From: Eledone cirrhosa
Lineage: Eukaryota
Assembly (NCBI GenBank): GCA_964016885.1
Contig: OZ024743.1
Span: 125,984,001-126,048,000 of the forward strand
DNA length: 64,000 nucleotides
Reading direction: 5' to 3'
This document shows, one piece after another, positions 38,181 to 51,998 of this stretch; position 1 is the stretch's first letter, and each line of letters starts with the position of its first letter. The notes below the pieces were generated by a model. The model was not told the DNA's origin, did no database searches, and was given only the letters and a program-made list of their open reading frames with translations. Both the position numbers and the translations under genes were made by a program.

Positions 38181-39952
38181 ATCATCACCGTTTTATGTCC
38201 GTTCTTCCACGTAGCATGGGTTAGACGGGTTGTCCTGTTGTGGGCAGTGTCCGGTCGGCTGACTTTTTCTTGCTCATACGGGAACTGATTCTGGCTTGAT
38301 TTCTACAGCTGGATACCCTTCCTAACACCAACCTCATTTACAGTGAGTGCTGGGTGCTTTTTTTCTGTAGCGCCTACACGTCCACTTTACAGTGTGGGCT
38401 GGGTGCTTTTTTGCCATGGCACCTCCACGACCATTTTGTGGTGAGAGGGGGTGGGGGCATATTGTCTATATGCTTCAGCTTCGGCTTGTACCTGTGGGAA
38501 GTCAGGTCTTCTGTATTACTGCATAACACCAGAGATCGCGGTCGTGTGTCATCGCCTTTGAGTGCTCTGCACCTTTTTATGCAGCTGTCATCCTTCATAC
38601 GCATCACATGTCCATACCAACGCAACCTCCTCTCCTGCACACATTTGATTCCTCTTATGTTTAGTCTCTCTCTCAATTCCTTTATGCTTTGCCGTTCGCG
38701 TATATTACTATTACACATCAATCGGAGCATGCAAGCTTCGTTTCTTTCTAATCTACGCAAGTTTTTACAGACAGCGCCCAGGTCTCACTACCATGTAACA
38801 TTGCTGTTTTTATACACGCATCAAACAGTCTGCCTTCCATTTTGAGGGAAAAGCCTTTTGCAGTTATCAGTGGCAGTAGCTCCCTGAACTTCTTCCATCC
38901 CGTTCTTACCCTAGTTATTGTACTTTCTGAACACCCACCTCTGCTGCTAATTCGGTCACCTAGGTAGCAAAAGCAGTCTACTGTTTCTACAGAGCCTTCC
39001 CAGAGTTTGGTGGTGCTTGTTTCCTGTGGCCGATTGCTGCTTGCTGTCCCAGCGCAGCTGCTACATGTGAAGCCTACATTCTTAGTTAAGCTTCCTGAGA
39101 TCCCACTACATCTCTTGTGTACCCATTGTTTGCATTTGGGGCAGAGGATGGAGTTCCTACCTACACCTTTCCTACATACTGAACAAGGCCATTTCCCTGA
39201 GGGGGATCTGGGTTCTGTTTCCCCGTTTACTTACAAGGACCTTAATCTTTGTCAGGTTGACTTTGAGACCCTTTCTTTCTAGTCCCTGCTTCCATATTTG
39301 GAATTTCTTCTTTAGTTCTACCATAGATTCAGCTATAAGTGTGAGGTCATCCGCATATAGGAGTTCCCATGGGCATTCGGTCTTAAACTCCTCCGTTATT
39401 GCCTGCAAAACTACAATGAACAGGAGAGGGCTAAGAACAGAGCCCTGGTGGACACCGACCTGTATGCTAAATTCCTCACTATAGTCATTGCTAACCCTAA
39501 CTTTACTGACTGCTCCCCTATACAAGGCTTGTACAGCTTTCACAAGCCACTCGTCTACTCCTAATTTTCTAAGAGCCCTCCAGATTATAGTACGGGCGAC
39601 TCTGGGGAAGGTTTTTTCTAGATCGATGAATGGCAGGTAGAGCGGCTTACTTTTAGCTAGGTACTTTTCCTGTAACTGCCTCACAAGGAAGAGAGCATCA
39701 GTGGTGCATTTTCCTGGCACAAACCCAAATTGCATCTCATCTAGTTTTACCCAGTCCTTAATCAACTGTGCTATAGCTCTTTCCGTTACTTTCATGACCT
39801 GGTCCATCAGCTTTATACCTCTATAGTTTCCTCTATCTAGTGCATCACCTTTACACTTGTAACAGTTGAGAATGATGCTGCTGCACCAATCCTTTGGTAT
39901 GACATCCTCTAGTATTACCTGGTTAACAATATGTGTGGTTATGGTGTGACCT
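38181..39952 (-). pseudogene. 5'-truncated RTE LINE family A with intact PHD finger
   Basis: QFGFVPGK, FIDLEK, GVHQGSVLSPLLF, LLYADD, PHD at 39054-39185, RLRWYGHVMR, (GAT)n tail; putative TSD ACCTTTC at 38174 and 39953. Confidence 0.95.
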
Positions 39953-40934
39953 ACCTTTCTTAAATTATATTAATAATTACTTAGTCCCCACCAAATTCTT
40001 GATTATTTTCAAAATGGTTTGAAAATCATAGGCAGTGTCTTTCATGAAAAACTTAACTTTGCTTTTTTTTCCTCATGTAAGTAGTTCTGTGGGCTGAGAT
40101 TTTGAATAAATCTGCTGCTGGCTTGTCAGATGTTACTATACCATATTTATTATAATCACTATTTCTCTTGAGATAAAAGATATCTTTTTAGTAATCTAAA
40201 ATCAACAAGGAAATATCAAGCTGGAACTGGGTATAAAAAAATAATAGACTAAATAAAATACAAAGATTTTTACTGTTGATTTCATTAATTTCTTTTGATA
40301 TCTTCAAATTGTTTGTTTGATGACTCAAAGTTAACATTAAGTACAGTTAGGTTCATGGAATAAAACTAGATTTAAATATGGACCAGTGAGTGGGAGACAG
40401 TTGAACCATAACTGCCCTGACTCTGTACTCTACAGTTTATATGATATTATTTATTGCAAATATGGCAATGCATAATAGGAAAAGAAATTATGATAGAAAT
40501 AATCTTATAGTACTACTTATTTAATTGATATATTGAACTCAATAACATAACGATATATTATTCATCATCACATGTGTTTCATGCTGGCATAGGTTGGATG
40601 GGTTATCATATTCTGAGATTAGACACAAATGACCATATTTTGCTTGTACATTACAGTTTTATATGGTTTCTATAGCTCGATGCCCTTCCTTATGTCAACG
40701 ACTTTGCTGTGTATACTGAATGCATTTTATTAGGGGACCAACACTACCAATTTACAGTGTGTACTAAGTACATTTTATTGTGGCACAAGCAATATCACCT
40801 TACAGAATGTGCTGGGTGCATTTTTTTATGACACAAACACCACAACTTGCAGAGTGGACTGGGTGCATTTCAGTGTGGCAGTAACACCAGTATGGTCAAT
40901 GTTTCTTGTTTTTGACAATTAAATTTTAGTATTG

Positions 40935-42312
40935 TGATTGGCTTTAGGAGATCAGCAAAGTATTCTCTCTACCTTATGAGGATACACCTTTCTGAAGAGA
41001 GGAGAACCCCAAATGCATTCCTCATAGCAGGTGTGGAGGAGGATTTCTTATTACAAAGTTGGTGGATGGCCTGCCAGAACATTTTATTTGCTGATCTGAA
41101 GTTAGATTCCAGCTTACCTTCAAACTCCTCCCATGTCTTAACTTTGGACGCCTTTACTGTCTCTGCTGTGATTCGTCTTGCCTGTCTGTACTGCAAGTAC
41201 AAGAAGGAGGACTTATTTCCAAGCCAAGCTTTGTAGGCCTCCTTCCTTGCTCAGATGGCATCTTTGACCAAGGGGTCCTCCTGCCTCTTTCACCTACAGC
41301 ATTTAACAGCTAAAGCAAAAACTGTTGAGCTGAACAATCTCCGCTCTATTTCAACATCCTCTATTTGCCCAGAGAGTTCTCTGAATTTGGATGCAATAGT
41401 ATCTGCCCACATGATCCTGACATCCTTATTCACCAACACTTCCTACACATATCATAGAGGCTGAGGTCACGAGCAATTAAAAAGCTGAAATGTGGCAAGG
41501 CTGCTGGGGAAGATGAAATCCAGCACGAGATGTTAAAATCTTAAATGTGTGTGCCGGGTGGCCTGGATATCTGGAAAGTCACCTAAGCAATGGCAATTGG
41601 GAGTGATAATCTCAATTTTCAAAAAGGGAGCCAAGGGAAATTGTTCCAATTCTAGAGGGATCTCCTTGTTAAGCCTCCCCGGTAAAGTCTATGCTAAGAG
41701 TCTGGCAAAGAGATGTAGGGAGATTGTCCAAACTAGCTGATGAACAGTGTAGTTTTTGACCCAGATGCAGCACAGCCAACCAAATATTCACACTGCAGCA
41801 GGTCTTTGAGAAATCATTGCAGTACTGTCAAGAGTTATATTCTTGCTTTGTAGACTTCGAAAAGGCATACACCACGTCCAACAGGACTTACTGTGGAAGG
41901 CTCTGCAGGAGTATGGGATCGATGGTCAGCTTCTTGTCGTCCTGATGTCTCTACATGAATGCTGAAGTATTTGTGTTTGAATAAATGGTGCTAAATCAAA
42001 ACCATTCAACGTGGGAGTTGGACTCCACCAAGGGTGTGTACTGTCACCTCTCCTGTTCATTATTTTAATGAATAGGATTAGCATGCAGAGCTGCGTTGGA
42101 AGTGGTATTATGACTGGTGGGTGTAAAATCAGTCAATTGGAATTTGCAGTGGGCATGATGTTGCTCAGCTTGACAGAAAGTGATCTCCTACTTAGACTTG
42201 ATAGATTTGATGGTGAGTGCTGCATGGCTAGAATGAAAATCAGTGCTGCATAAACTGAGACACTCGTCCTCTCAAGGAATATCCCAGGAATAAGTGGTTG
42301 AAGAAGAAGAAA
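40935..42312. pseudogene. RTE family B copy with 5' inversion and internal deletion
   Basis: 40935-41410 minus strand encodes the EN-RT linker (YRQARR..WEEF..FWQAI..REYFADLL); 41455-42280 plus strand encodes the RT (GKAAGEDEI, RGISLLS, GLHQGCVLSPLLF), then jumps to CAGGAATAAGTG plus (GAA)n. Confidence 0.85.
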
Positions 42313-43639
42313 CATGGCACAGACACTTGCAACAGGGTGGACTTTGTTAATGATCAGGTAGTGGTGTTAATCTGAGCAACAGATTGAGTCTACCACTCAA
42401 GTAGGCCAAACAATAATTGAACTCAGATCACAAAGAGCCAAAGCAAATACAGAAAGGCATCTTATCTGACACTCTGAAAATTCCCCAATCCACTGCCCTG
42501 GACAATTTTAACAGTTTCAAAAGGATGAAAAGCAAAGCAAACTTGTTTTTGCAATATTTCTGATGATTGCCTATTTGTATCAATTAATTTTGAAGATAAT
42601 AAAAAAAATGGAGGAATTTAATGAATTAAATAATTTTTCATTAGTAAGCTGATGTTTGAAACATTACTTAACAAATATTTCTTAAATAAAATTATGCTGA
42701 AAGGTTTAAATAATGAGTTTTGTATCATAGCTCCAGGGTGGTTTCTGGCAGGGTCGTATCAAAAGAGTTAAAATTCTTAATAGGATTCAAGTAATAACTA
42801 ATACTTTCCTTATATGTATGTATAAGCATGTATATCTGGTTTAAAATAGATACCCTGTATCCCTACATGCTGTAAGAAGCGGTTAAATAGGTTGATGTCA
42901 GGAAGGGTGTCTGACTATAAAACATTGCTTCAAAAAGTCTCGGCCAGCCCATGTGAGCATGAAACAGTCAACATAAAAAAGATGATGATATACATATACA
43001 CATATATGTGTGTGTGTGTGTGTGTGTGTCATGGCAATGTTCAGTTTAATATACGTAATAAGATATATCTGCTTGATTTTATGATCCAAACGAATTTCAG
43101 TTTCAGATAACAGCCTATGATTTATTTTAAACACTGCTTTCTAATAAATTTCACTTTTTCATATCAAATAGCCTTGCCGATATCAACCTAGTTACAGAAT
43201 GACAAAGGTTGTTGTTCATATTGCAGACTAGTTTGGAGAAAGTTGTTTAACAAACAAAAATAATTGATGACTCATACAATGTAATGAAGTATTAAGTTGA
43301 AGGCAGAAGCATGGGCCAATTATATATATATTTATTTTAATACACTGAAGTGTTTTTTTATTTTAAATCTTATCTTTATATGGAATATTTCTTTGTAGAC
43401 CACCCATGAACATGTGAATTTATGTGTGCCTGTGTGTGTATGTATATACATGTGTGTGTGTGTGTGTGTGTATGTGTGTGTACATGTGTGTGTGTGTGAA
43501 CCAATGCCACTGTTTATAGTAGCAAAATGATATTCTTTTAGCTGTATATTTTCAAATATCTATGTTTCTAGCAACTCAATGAAAAGAAATGACTGACAAT
43601 TGAAGAAGCTGTGTGTGTGTGTGATCTGTATTTAAGAGT

Positions 43640-43850
43640 TAGTCTGCCTCTGGTCTTGACAGACAGGATGGCGAAGACATTGCCCTGGAGGATGGTGAGG
43701 GAGACGTGCTGGAACAACCATTCCACCTTGCAGGGCTCACACTTGTGGGTAGTCAAGAACACTGGAATTTCCACTACCACAAACCTATCAGAGAGCAGTC
43801 GATACTCTGACAGTTTGCCCTCTTTGGCCTAAGCTGAGTCATTTCCTCAG
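43640..43850 (-). pseudogene. Short degraded CRE-clade RLE fragment
   Basis: CEPCKVEWLFQHVSLTILQGNVFAIL aligns by eye to CEPHELEWLFQRASLAVLRGNAFSIL of the 27 kb copy. Confidence 0.75.
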
Positions 43851-43957
43851 GGTTACCAAACCTCTTTTTATTAAACATTTTCTTTCTTTTTACTTGATGT
43901 CAGGTTTTGTGGTTCTGTTGGTAATCTTATTTTTATCATTTCCCTCGGGCCAGTCAA

Positions 43958-46900
43958 ACTGAGTGGCAGTAGTTTATATATCTACACTCCAGGAACCATA
44001 CTGACTCCACTGAGTGGCAGTAGTTTAGATATCTACACTCCAGGAACCATACTGACACACTGAGTGGTAGTAGTTTATATATCTACACTCCAGGAACCAT
44101 ACTGACACACTGAGTGGTAGTAGTTTATATATCTACACTCCAGGAACCATACTGACACACTGAGTGGTAGTAGTTTATATATCTACACTCCAGGAACCAT
44201 ACTGACACACTGAGTGGCAGTAGTTTATATATCTACACTCCAGGAACCATACTGACTCCACTGAGTGGTAGTAGTTTATATATCTACACTCCAGGAACCA
44301 TACTGACACACTGAGTGGTAGTAGTTTATATATCTACACTCCAGGAACCATACTGACTCCACTGAGTGGCAGTAGTTTATATATCTACACTCCAGGAACC
44401 ATACTGACACACTGAGTGGCAGTAGTTTATATATCTACACTCCAGGAACCATACTGACTCCACTGAGTGACAGTAGTTTATATATCTACACTCCAGGAAC
44501 CATACTGACTCCACTGAGTGGCAGTAGTTTATATATCTACACTCCAGGAACCATACTGACACACTGAGTGGTAGTAGTTTATATATCTACACTCCAGGAA
44601 CCATACTGACACACTGAGTGGAAGTAGTTTATATATCTACACTCCAGGAACCATACTGACTCCACTGAGTGGTAGTAGTTTATATATCTACACTCCAGGA
44701 ACCATACTGACTCCACTGAGTGGCAGTAGTTTATATATCTACACTCCAGGAACCATACTGACTCCACAGAGTGGCAGTAGTTTATATATCTACACTCCAG
44801 GAACCATACTGACTCCACTGAGTGGAAGTAGTTTATATATCTACACTCCAGGAACCATACTGACACACTGAGTGGCAGTAGTTTATATATCTACACTCCA
44901 GGAACCATACTGACACACTGAGTGGTAGTAGTTTATATATCTACACTCCAGGAACCATACTGACTCCACTGAGTGGCAGTAGTTTATATATCTACACTCC
45001 AGGAACCATACTGGCTCCACTGAGTGGCAGTAGTTTATATATCTACACTCCAGGAACCATACTGGCTCCACTGAGTGGCAGTAGTTTATATATCTACACT
45101 CCAGGAACCATACTGACTCCACTGAGTGACAGTAGTTTATATATCTACACTCCAGGAACCATACTGACTCCACTGAGTGGCAGTAGTTTATATATCTACA
45201 CTCCAGGAACCATACTGACTCCACTGAGTGGCAGTAGTTTATATATCTACACTCCAGGAACCATACTGACACACTGAGTGGTAGTAGTTTATATATCTAC
45301 ACTCCAGGAACCATACTGACACACTGAGTGGCAGTAGTTTATATATCTACACTCCAGGAACCATACTGACTCCACTGAGTGACAGTAGTTTATATATCTA
45401 CACTCCAGGAACCATACTGGCTCCACTGAGTGGCAGTAGTTTATATATCTACACTCCAGGAACCATACTGACTCCACTGAGTGACAGTAGTTTATATATC
45501 TACACTCCAGGAACCATACTGACACACTGAGTGGCAGTAGTTTATATATCTACACTCCAGGAACCATACTGACACACTGAGTGGCAGTAGTTTATATATC
45601 TACACTCCAGGAACCATACTGACTCCACTGAGTGGCACTAGTTTATATATCTACACTCCAGGAACCATACTGACACACTGAGTGGCAGTAGTTTATATAT
45701 CTATACTCCAGGAACCATACTGACTCCACTGAGTGGCAGTAGTTTATATATCTACACTCCAGGAACCATACTGACTCCACTGAGTGGCAGTAGTTTATAT
45801 ATCTACACTCCAGGAACCATACTGACTCCACTGAGTGGCAGTAGTTTATATATCTACACTCCAGGAACCATACTGACTCCACTGAGTGGCAGTAGTTTAT
45901 ATATCTACACTCCAGGAACCATACTGACTCCACTGAGTGGCAGTAGTTTATATATCTACACTCCAGGAACCATACTGACTCCACTGAGTGACAGTAGTTT
46001 ATATATCTACACTCCAGGAACCATACTGACTCCACTGAGTGGCAGTAGTTTATATATCTACACTCCAGGAACCATACTGACTCCACTGAGTGGCAGTAGT
46101 TTATATATCTACACTCCAGGAACCATACTGACTCCACTGAGTGGTAGTAGTTTATATATCTACACTCCAGGAACCATGCTGACACACTGAGTGGAAGTAG
46201 TTTATATATCTACACTCCAGGAACCATACTGACTCCACTGAGTGGTAGTAGTTTATATATCTACACTCCAGGAACCATACTGACTCCACTGAGTGGCAGT
46301 AGTTTATATATCTACACTCCAGGAACCATACTGACTCCACTGAGTGGCAGTAGTTTATATATCTACACTCCAGGAACCATACTGGCTCCACTGAGTGGCA
46401 GTAGTTTATATATCTACACTCCAGGAACCATACTGACTCCACTGAGTGACAGTAGTTTATATATCTACACTCCAGGAACCATACTGACTCCACTGAGTGG
46501 CAGTAGTTTATATATCTACACTCCAGGAACCATACTGACTCCACTGAGTGGCAGTAGTTTATATATCTACACTCCAGGAACCATACTGACACACTGAGTG
46601 GCAGTAGTTTATATATCTACACTCCAGGAACCATACTGACTCCACTGAGTGACAGTAGTTTATATATCTACACTCCAGGAACCATACTGACTCCACTGAG
46701 TGGTAGTAGTTTATATATCTACACTCCAGGAACCATACTGACACACTGAGTGGCAGTAGTTTATATATCTACACTCCAGGAACCATACTGACACACTGAG
46801 TGGCAGTAGTTTATATATCTACACTCCAGGAACCATACTGACACACTGAGTGGCAGTAGTTTATATATCTACACTCCAGGAACCATACTGACTCCACTGA

Positions 46901-48685
46901 GTGGCAGTAGTTTATATATCTTCACTCCAGGAACCATACTGACACACTGAGTGGCAGTAGTTTATATATCTACACTCCAGGAACCATACTGACTCCACTG
47001 AGTGGCAGTAGTTTATATATCTACACTCCAGGAACCATACTGACACACTGAGTGGCAGTAGTTTATATATCTACACTCCAGGAACCATACTGACTCCACT
47101 GAGTGGCAGTAGTTTATATATCTACACTCCAGGAACCATACTGACTCCACTGAGTGGCAGTAGTTTATATATCTACACTCCAGGAACCATACTGACACAC
47201 TGAGTGGCAGTAGTTTATATATCTACACTCCAGGAACCATACTGACTCCACTGAGTGGTAGTAGTTTATATATCTACACTCCAGGAACCATACTGACACA
47301 CTGAGTGGCAGTAGTTTATATATCTACACTCCAGGAACCATACTGACACACTGAGTGGCAGTAGTTTATATATCTACACTCCAGGAACCATACTGACTCC
47401 ACTGAGTGGTAGTAGTTTATATATCTACACTCCAGGAACCATACTGACACACTGAGTGGCAGTAGTTTATATATCTACACTCCAGGAACCATACTGACAC
47501 ACTGAGTGGCAGTAGTTTATATATCTACACTCCAGGAACCATACTGACTCCACTGAGTGGTAGTAGTTTATATATCTACACCCCAGGAACCATACTGACT
47601 CCACTGAGTGGCAGTAGTTTATATATCTACACTCCAGGAACCATACTGACTCCACTGAGTGGCAGTAGTTTATATATCTACACTCCAGGAACCATACTGA
47701 CTCCACTGAGTGGTAGTAGTTTATATATCTACACTCCAGGAACCATACTGACTCCACTGAGTGGCAGTAGTTTATATATCTACACTCCAGGAACCATACT
47801 GACACACTGAGTGGCAGTAGTTTATATATCTACACTCCAGGAACCATACTGACTCCACTGAGTGGTAGTAGTTTATATATCTACACTCCAGGAACCATAC
47901 TGACACACTGAGTGGTAGTAGTTTATATATCTACACTCCAGGAACCATACTGACACACTGAGTGGTAGTAGTTTATATATCTACACTCCAGGAACCATAC
48001 TGACACACTGAGTGGTAGTAGTTTATATATCTACACTCCAGGAACCATACTGACTCCACTGAGTGGTAGTAGTTTATATATCTACACTCCAGGAACCATA
48101 CTGACACACTGAGTGGTAGTAGTTTATATATCTACACTCCAGGAACCATACTGACTCCACTGAGTGGTAGTAGTTTATATATCTACACTCCAGGAACCAT
48201 ACTGACTCCACTGAGTGGCAGTAGTTTATATATCTACACTCCAGGAACCATACTGACTCCACTGAGTGGCAGTAGTTTATATATCTACACTCCAGGAACC
48301 ATACTGACTCCACTGAGTGGCAGTAGTTTATATATCTACACTCCAGGAACCATACTGACTCCACTGAGTGGCAGTAGTTTATATATCTACACTCCAGGAA
48401 CCATACTGACTCCACTGAGTGGTAGTAGTTTATATATCTACACTCCAGGAACCATACTGACACACTGAGTGGTAGTAGTTTATATATCTACACTCCAGGA
48501 ACCATACTGACACACTGAGTGGTAGTAGTTTATATATCTACACTCCAGGAACCATACTGACACACTGAGTGGTAGTAGTTTATATATCTACACTCCAGGA
48601 ACCATACTGACTCCACTGAGTGGCAGTAGTTTATATATCTACACTCCAGGAACCATACTGACTCCACTGAGTGGTAGTAGTTTAT
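43958..48685. repeat. Tandem satellite/minisatellite, 50/51-bp unit, ~93 copies
   Basis: ACTGAGTGG(C/T)AGTAGTTTATATATCTACACTCCAGGAACCATACTGAC(TCC/AC) head-to-tail with no spacers. Confidence 0.99.
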
Positions 48686-49424
48686 TTGTCTAAATTAGAA
48701 ATCATTGTTTTTATTCTTGGTGGTAAATTGGTAGAGTTATTAGGGTGTCAGAATTTGTATAGATCTACTGTGCTCTGTGTTCAAATCCTACCTTCTGCCA
48801 GGGGTTGAGACCAGCAGATAGTATCAGCAATGGAAAGAGCATTAGAAAATTGTTTCCTTGGTCTGATATGACAATTGGCTCCTTTCTTTTCCTGTTTTAT
48901 TTTTAGCTGGGGGGGGGGGGGGGGGGGGCAGAATCATTCTAGCATTATACAAAATGCTTTGCTATATTTGTTCTGGCTCTTTACATTCTACCAAAGTCAA
49001 CTTTACCTTTTTATCCTTCTGGGAGGAGGGAGGGGGGGGGGGGGAGAAAATAAAGTGCCAGTCAAACTTTACCTTCCTCTCAAATTTTACCTTTTGTCAT
49101 TTTACATAGTGGTTTCAAATCCCACCTGATTGAAATTACCTTTCAAGATTGATAATAAAAGTACTAGTGAAGTACTATGGCATATTAAATCATCTTAATT
49201 GTCTTCCAAAAGGTATGGTGTTGTACTGAAGTCAAAAATACTTATTGTGTGGGCCACTGATCAACTTAATTAAATAAGCCATTAGTCCCAGACGTTTATG
49301 TTGGGAAATCGCATATATTTTGTTATGAGAGGTGTACAAAAACTGCATTAGTGTTATCAATTTTATTTTGTTTTTATTTGTGTCGAATAAAATATATTTT
49401 TTTTTTATTTGGTGAGTCTGGAAG

Positions 49425-49750
49425 AAGGGATAGTGCCTATGGCCTTCTTAAGTCTTCCAAATCTGGAGAGATTGATGCTGTTGATGTCCTGCTGAAACTG
49501 TTGCAAATCAACTCCAGTGAGAAAAACTGGTTGTAGTTAGGGGGTGGGGGAACAACATTGGTGATGAAAGGAGGAAGAAAGAGACAAATGAGTGAGTAGT
49601 GCCTGAGTGGAGGCAGCATGAGAGCAACCAAATCTGAGGAGCAGAGGCCATTGTGGTAATGGTAGAAGAGACATACATAGGTAGGAGACAGTCTGTCTGG
49701 GGTTAGGTGTTGGAGTATGTCTGTGACTTTATGCAAAGTTGTAGTTAATG
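49425..49750 (-). pseudogene. CR1/Jockey-group LINE 3' remnant
   Basis: CLFYHYHNGLCSSDL...YNQFFS..CNS pattern typical of the C-terminus of these ORF2 proteins. Confidence 0.55.
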
Positions 49751-50924
49751 GCCATGAAATAGTTAAAAGAATATGATTAACATTTATTGTTTAAAAATGA
49801 AAAAGATAATGATAAATACTAGATGTTGTCTTTATAATTAATAAAATACATTACAGCCTGTAATTATTACTTTTGTGCACTGTTCAGTTTTTATGAATGA
49901 AGACTAAATATTGAAATGTAGAGAACAACTGATTAATTTATCAACTTGATGCCTTCATTGTAGTTATCTGAAGCTAAAATTGTCTTTTTTTTTATATGAG
50001 GAAAGATAACTACTTGCAGTGGTAGTGATAATAACTATGTTGGTCAGCTGTGGTATGTATTGAATGTGATAGCTAACTCCTCACCTTACTTCACCTGCTT
50101 ATTTAGTTCCCTGTCTCCAGTTTCCTCCTCCTTTCTGTCTAGCCTCATACTATTGTGAAAATTTGTACTATACATTGGTGGACACACACACACACACACA
50201 CACATACATACATACATAGACATAGCTTACTTACAGTTATATACTTTTAATTCATATATATTTATTTTATTTTTTTACTCTTAAAAGTAATTTCCTTCTT
50301 CCTGATTGGGCTGTAATAATTTCAATCAGTTTATCTGCTGTGATATCTTAGGAGAACATGACAGGAAAAGTAACTAACAAATAAACTACAGACAGACAGC
50401 AGATTCTGTTGCTGCTGTATATACTGTTATTCTCCTGACAAGCTGTCATTTTAAGTCGGTGACCTCCTCCTTTGACAAGTAAGAACCAATGTCTTTACAG
50501 TTCTTTGTAGTTTAAGGATGGGGGAGACACAGCATGCTTTTATTAGTCCAGCCCACCTGGCATTTGCTGCTAACACTACAACTGTTGTTACAAGTGTTTA
50601 TTTTGCTGCTGTCTTTTCTTCTATTACCACTATTACTGATACCACCACACCAAGATGGCTTTTTGTCAGAGCGGCTCAGTGTGCATATACACACACTGTC
50701 TTATTTCATGCACTGTTTAACAGGAGTAAATGGTGCTTTCCCTTTTCAGCTATTTCCTGACTAGATACTTTAATATGAATCACCTGAATGGAGACTTTGT
50801 GAACCTCAGGACACACCCCTTTGATGCAAGCATATATGGGATAGCTGATGGGCAAGATTAAAAAAAAAAAATAGGCTAGCAAACGTTATTGAATAACATG
50901 CACCACTGTTAGCACTCTCTCAAC

Positions 50925-51086
50925 ATGAACACAAGTGTTCTTTTATTCGTTAAATTTTATCCGATTAATAATTATGACAATCAATATTCCTCACTTCAAA
51001 TTGAACCTATCATCAATGGAGATAGTTCGAGTTTATCAGTTAAAGTCCTTCTTTGGACAATATGTGAGCAGTTTAAGTACTTGCAA
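50925..51086 (+). CDS. Candidate alternative first coding exon MNTSVLLFVKFYPINN...
   Basis: Unique sequence, AACATGA start, open for 54 codons to donor CAA|GTATGT (phase 0); alternative donor TAT|GTGAGC at 51063 (phase 1); upstream acceptor TTCCCTTTTCAG at ~50749. Confidence 0.3.
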
Positions 51087-51998
51087 GTATGTATCACTCC
51101 TCAATATTTACTATTTCAATCGAAAAGCTGACTATGGTTGTGCTATTCTCAACTTCCAAATTACTAACATTTTTTTACTAGAATAACACTAACAAGAACA
51201 AGAAGATACCACTACTGATTTCTAGTCTAACGTTGTTGTAGTTGCCATAAAATACATCTTTTAATTATTTGCATCTTCTTTGCTGGGGAAATTGTAATTT
51301 GTCAGAACAGGTGCATTATGTACAACTCTCGTCCTTTAATTCATAAATGTTTCTTCATTATAATAATACATCTGTATTCATTATTTAGTTCTCATGTGCT
51401 TCTTTACATAGAAATACATTAAAAAGTATGAGGCATGTGTAATTTATGTATGAATTTAATTTGTTAAATCAGTTGAAACAAGCATTTTGATGAGGCCTGT
51501 CGTTATAAAAACAATGTCAGTCACTTGTAAATACCTCAGTCAGCTTTGACAATAACAAAATGTATACATGTGTTAAGCAACGAAATAACACTACTTAATA
51601 GCTTGTTTATCAAGTAATCAACTCATGTCCAACTCATATTGTTTTAATTTTATACATTTATTGCTGACTAGAGTATTTCTCTCACACCTTACATGAGTAA
51701 GTGAGAAAACAAGAAAGAATGAGAATGAATTTAAAGTAGTTATATTGTGTATTGTTAATATAAAAATTTGATTTCTTTTAAAATTTACTTTTAATGTGCT
51801 TAAAATTTCTTTACATCCTTTCTTTTGCCTTACGTTCTGAGTTCAAATCTCGCTACGGTTAGCTTTGCCTTTCATCCTTACAGGGTTAATAATTAAAGCA
51901 CCAGAATGTACTGGGGTTGATTTAATCAACTTTTCCCTCCCCTTCAAATTGCTGGTCTTGTGCATAAAGTAGAAACAACAATTATTATTATTATTATT

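Noticed and set aside
43958-48685. CRISPR array or repetitive protein gene (ESVWFLECRYINYCHSV)n
   Set aside because: No unique spacers and no cas genes; the 50-bp units repeatedly break the frame, so the ORFs are by-products of a 51-bp unit
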